DNA from: Octopus bimaculoides
Taxonomy: Eukaryota
Assembly (NCBI RefSeq): GCF_001194135.2
Contig: NC_068995.1
Coordinates: 36,708,466 to 36,772,465, forward strand
Reading direction: 5' to 3'
DNA length: 64,000 nt
The position numbers and the translations under genes were made by a program. The notes below the pieces were generated by a model. The model saw nothing but the letters and a program-made list of their open reading frames with translations. It was not told the DNA's origin and did not search any database. Shown here piece after piece: positions 61,489 through 64,000 of the stretch; the first letter of the stretch is position 1, and each line of letters starts with the position of its first letter.

Positions 61489-64000
61489 GATATGTAAATG
61501 TAAGGTCCAAGGATCCAGGTGTAGAAACTTAACAGTCTGTAGAAGGTATAAAAAAACAGCTTTCAGGAACAGTAATATTTTATTGGCATAGAAATTTGAT
61601 AAGCTGAAAAAAGTGTATATAGACACACACACACACACACGTCTGACCAAAGAGACTCCAAGGAGGCTGCCTTAGATTAGCATTGGCAATATTTCTATTA
61701 TGTAGTAAAACTGATAAAAAGGGTGCAGTGAACTCTCTATGTTCTGAGTTCAAATTCTGCCGAGGCTGATTTTGCTTTTCATTCTTTTGTGGTCAATAAA
61801 ATAAGCACCAGTTGAGCACTGGGGTCAAATGTAATCAACTCATCCCATCCCTTGAAACTGCTTGCCTTGTGCCAAAATTTGAAACCGATATTAAGGTGGT
61901 GAATGGCAAAATAGTTAGAACATCAGAAAAAATGCCTCGTGGCATTTGCTCTGACATGTTATGTTCTGAGTTCAAATTCCATTGTACACATGTGGGTGTG
62001 TGTGGGTGTCTTTTTTTATGACATTGTTTAGGTAGGAGTGATGTTGTTTAGGTCTTACATAAACAAAATATCTGGAAGTTGTGCAAAGACCAAAGCAATA
62101 CATCTTTTTCAACCCTTGAAAACAAAAGCTGTTATCTGGAAGAGCATTTGGCTATAGAATACTGCCTCAAGATGACTCGTGCAAACTATACCAGCATTGA
62201 TAAAGCAGATATCAAAAATATCATGAAGATAGTACATTCTCTAAAATGGTTGGCATTAGGGAGGGCATCCAGCCACAGAAACCACGTCAAAGCTGACATC
62301 TGAGCTTAAAGCAAACCTGCAGCTCACTGGATCCATGCCAGTAAGGAAGTTAGATGTTAAATGATGATGGATAATTTTGTTCATGGAGGGTACACTATCG
62401 CTAGAGCGGGGAAAAATCCAGTGTGATCAGAGGTACACTGACGTTTGATTATAGGTCAGTATGATACATCTGGGTTGATCTCCAGTTCAACAACAATAAC
62501 AATATACTTCGATCGCTGTTTTAGGTGTAGGCATGGCTGAGTGGTAAGAAGTTTGCTTGCCAACCACATGGTTTTGGGTTCTCTCCCACTGTATGTCACC
62601 TTGGGCAAGTGTCTTCTACTGTAGCCTTGGGTAGATGGAAACTGAAAGAAGTCTATCATGTATGTTTGTGCCCCCCCCCCCTGCCATTTGACAAATGGTG
62701 TTGGTGTTTTTATGTTCCTGTAACTTAGCAGTTTGGCAAAAGAGACCAATAGAATAAGTACTGGGGTCGATCAGTTTGAGTAAAAATTCCTCGAGGCTGT
62801 GCCCCAGCATGGTTACAGTCTAATGACTGAAACAAATAAAAGATACATTGAATAGCTATAGAGGTCCTGTAGAGTAAAATAGGCATCGAAGGGGTTCATA
62901 GGCAAAAAGTGGTAGCGAACCACTGATCTACACACAAGCCATTTATCTAACATGTACACACATAAATAGAAACCCGTGTTTGTGAAAAAAAGAATTCTAG
63001 ACAAAAGGGCTTGTGTTTAACAGGATACACACTTTAACAGTCTATACACTTTCTCATTACAATAGGCAGCTTTTGTTAAATTCCCAGCGGATGCATACAG
63101 ATAAACAGATTCTGAAATTGAATATGTGCATGCATGAATATGTGCAAAATGTTCCAGAGATTGTCAATGCCAGCTTCTTATGCTAAGCATATGAAAAGTA
63201 CATAAAATGCCTCAGGGACCCTCTCCCCTGTGAATTTCCTGAGCCAGACATATGCACACACACATATGTGGAATGCAGAAACACACGCACATATAAATGA
63301 AGCAGAAAAGCTTTTATTCTAAAGAGTAAAAAAGTATGGAGCACAGACACTCGTATACTAAATTAAAGGGCATATCCACTACACAAATACAAGTTATCCA
63401 TTAGCACAAACATGCATGTATATATACACTCACACATCAACTGATTCAGGAGACCACAAACATCCAACACTCGTCTTAACTGAAACAAAAGATCCTTGCC
63501 ATTTGGTTAGTGACCAACTTGAATTCTCTAAATAACAAAAAAAAGAAAACAACCTAAAAATAAATCCTAAAGAAAACATACATGTACACATATATGAATA
63601 CTTTGCTTGACAAAAATTTACAAACAATTATGTTTTGGGGCTGAAATAAAAATTCCTTACGGAAGAAAAACACTGACAAAAAAAATTCAGCAAGGCATAT
63701 TAAATAAAATTTAAATTGTGCAGCCACAATATAATTAAACATACACATAGAGGTTTGGTTAAACCATAAAGTTGTGGCACATTAAGGGGACACAAAAGAA
63801 AACAAGGTAATATTATTAGAGCTATTACAATTTGAAAGAAATGAATGAAATATTGCTCATGTGGAGCAATGAGGACAAATCAAAGTACTTCTTTCACATT
63901 TTACTATGTATAATTCTTCCTAATTTTGGCACAAGGCCAACAATTCTGAGGAGAGGGGGAAGCCAACTACATCAACCGCAGTGTTGAATTGGAACTTATT

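Overview
AT-rich eukaryotic genomic DNA with (TA)n/(CA)n/(ATG)n microsatellites, seven N-gaps and dense SINE, LINE and DNA-transposon debris. The repeat families suggest an octopod cephalopod (inference). One protein-coding gene could be reconstructed completely: a minus-strand CCDC28 (CCDC28A/B family) gene with 6 coding exons (32232 to 21255, 174 aa, all splice phases consistent). Its last intron is a clear U12-type intron preceded by a 23-nt microexon. Most ORFs in the supplied track are microsatellite or gap artefacts, or transposon remnants (Tc1/mariner, RTE, Dong/R4). Two CpG-rich promoter-like islands (about 10.5 and 13.3 kb) point to unannotated transcripts. The most unusual signal is a set of sequence-unrelated mini-elements, several embedded in (TA)n, that fold into type-I hammerhead-ribozyme architecture. 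Two are long rod hairpins capped by a hammerhead (635-746, canonical core; 61199-61376, G3:C8-swapped core), and several more are decayed. Hand-derived repeat boundaries are approximate unless TSDs are quoted. No database search or folding program was run.
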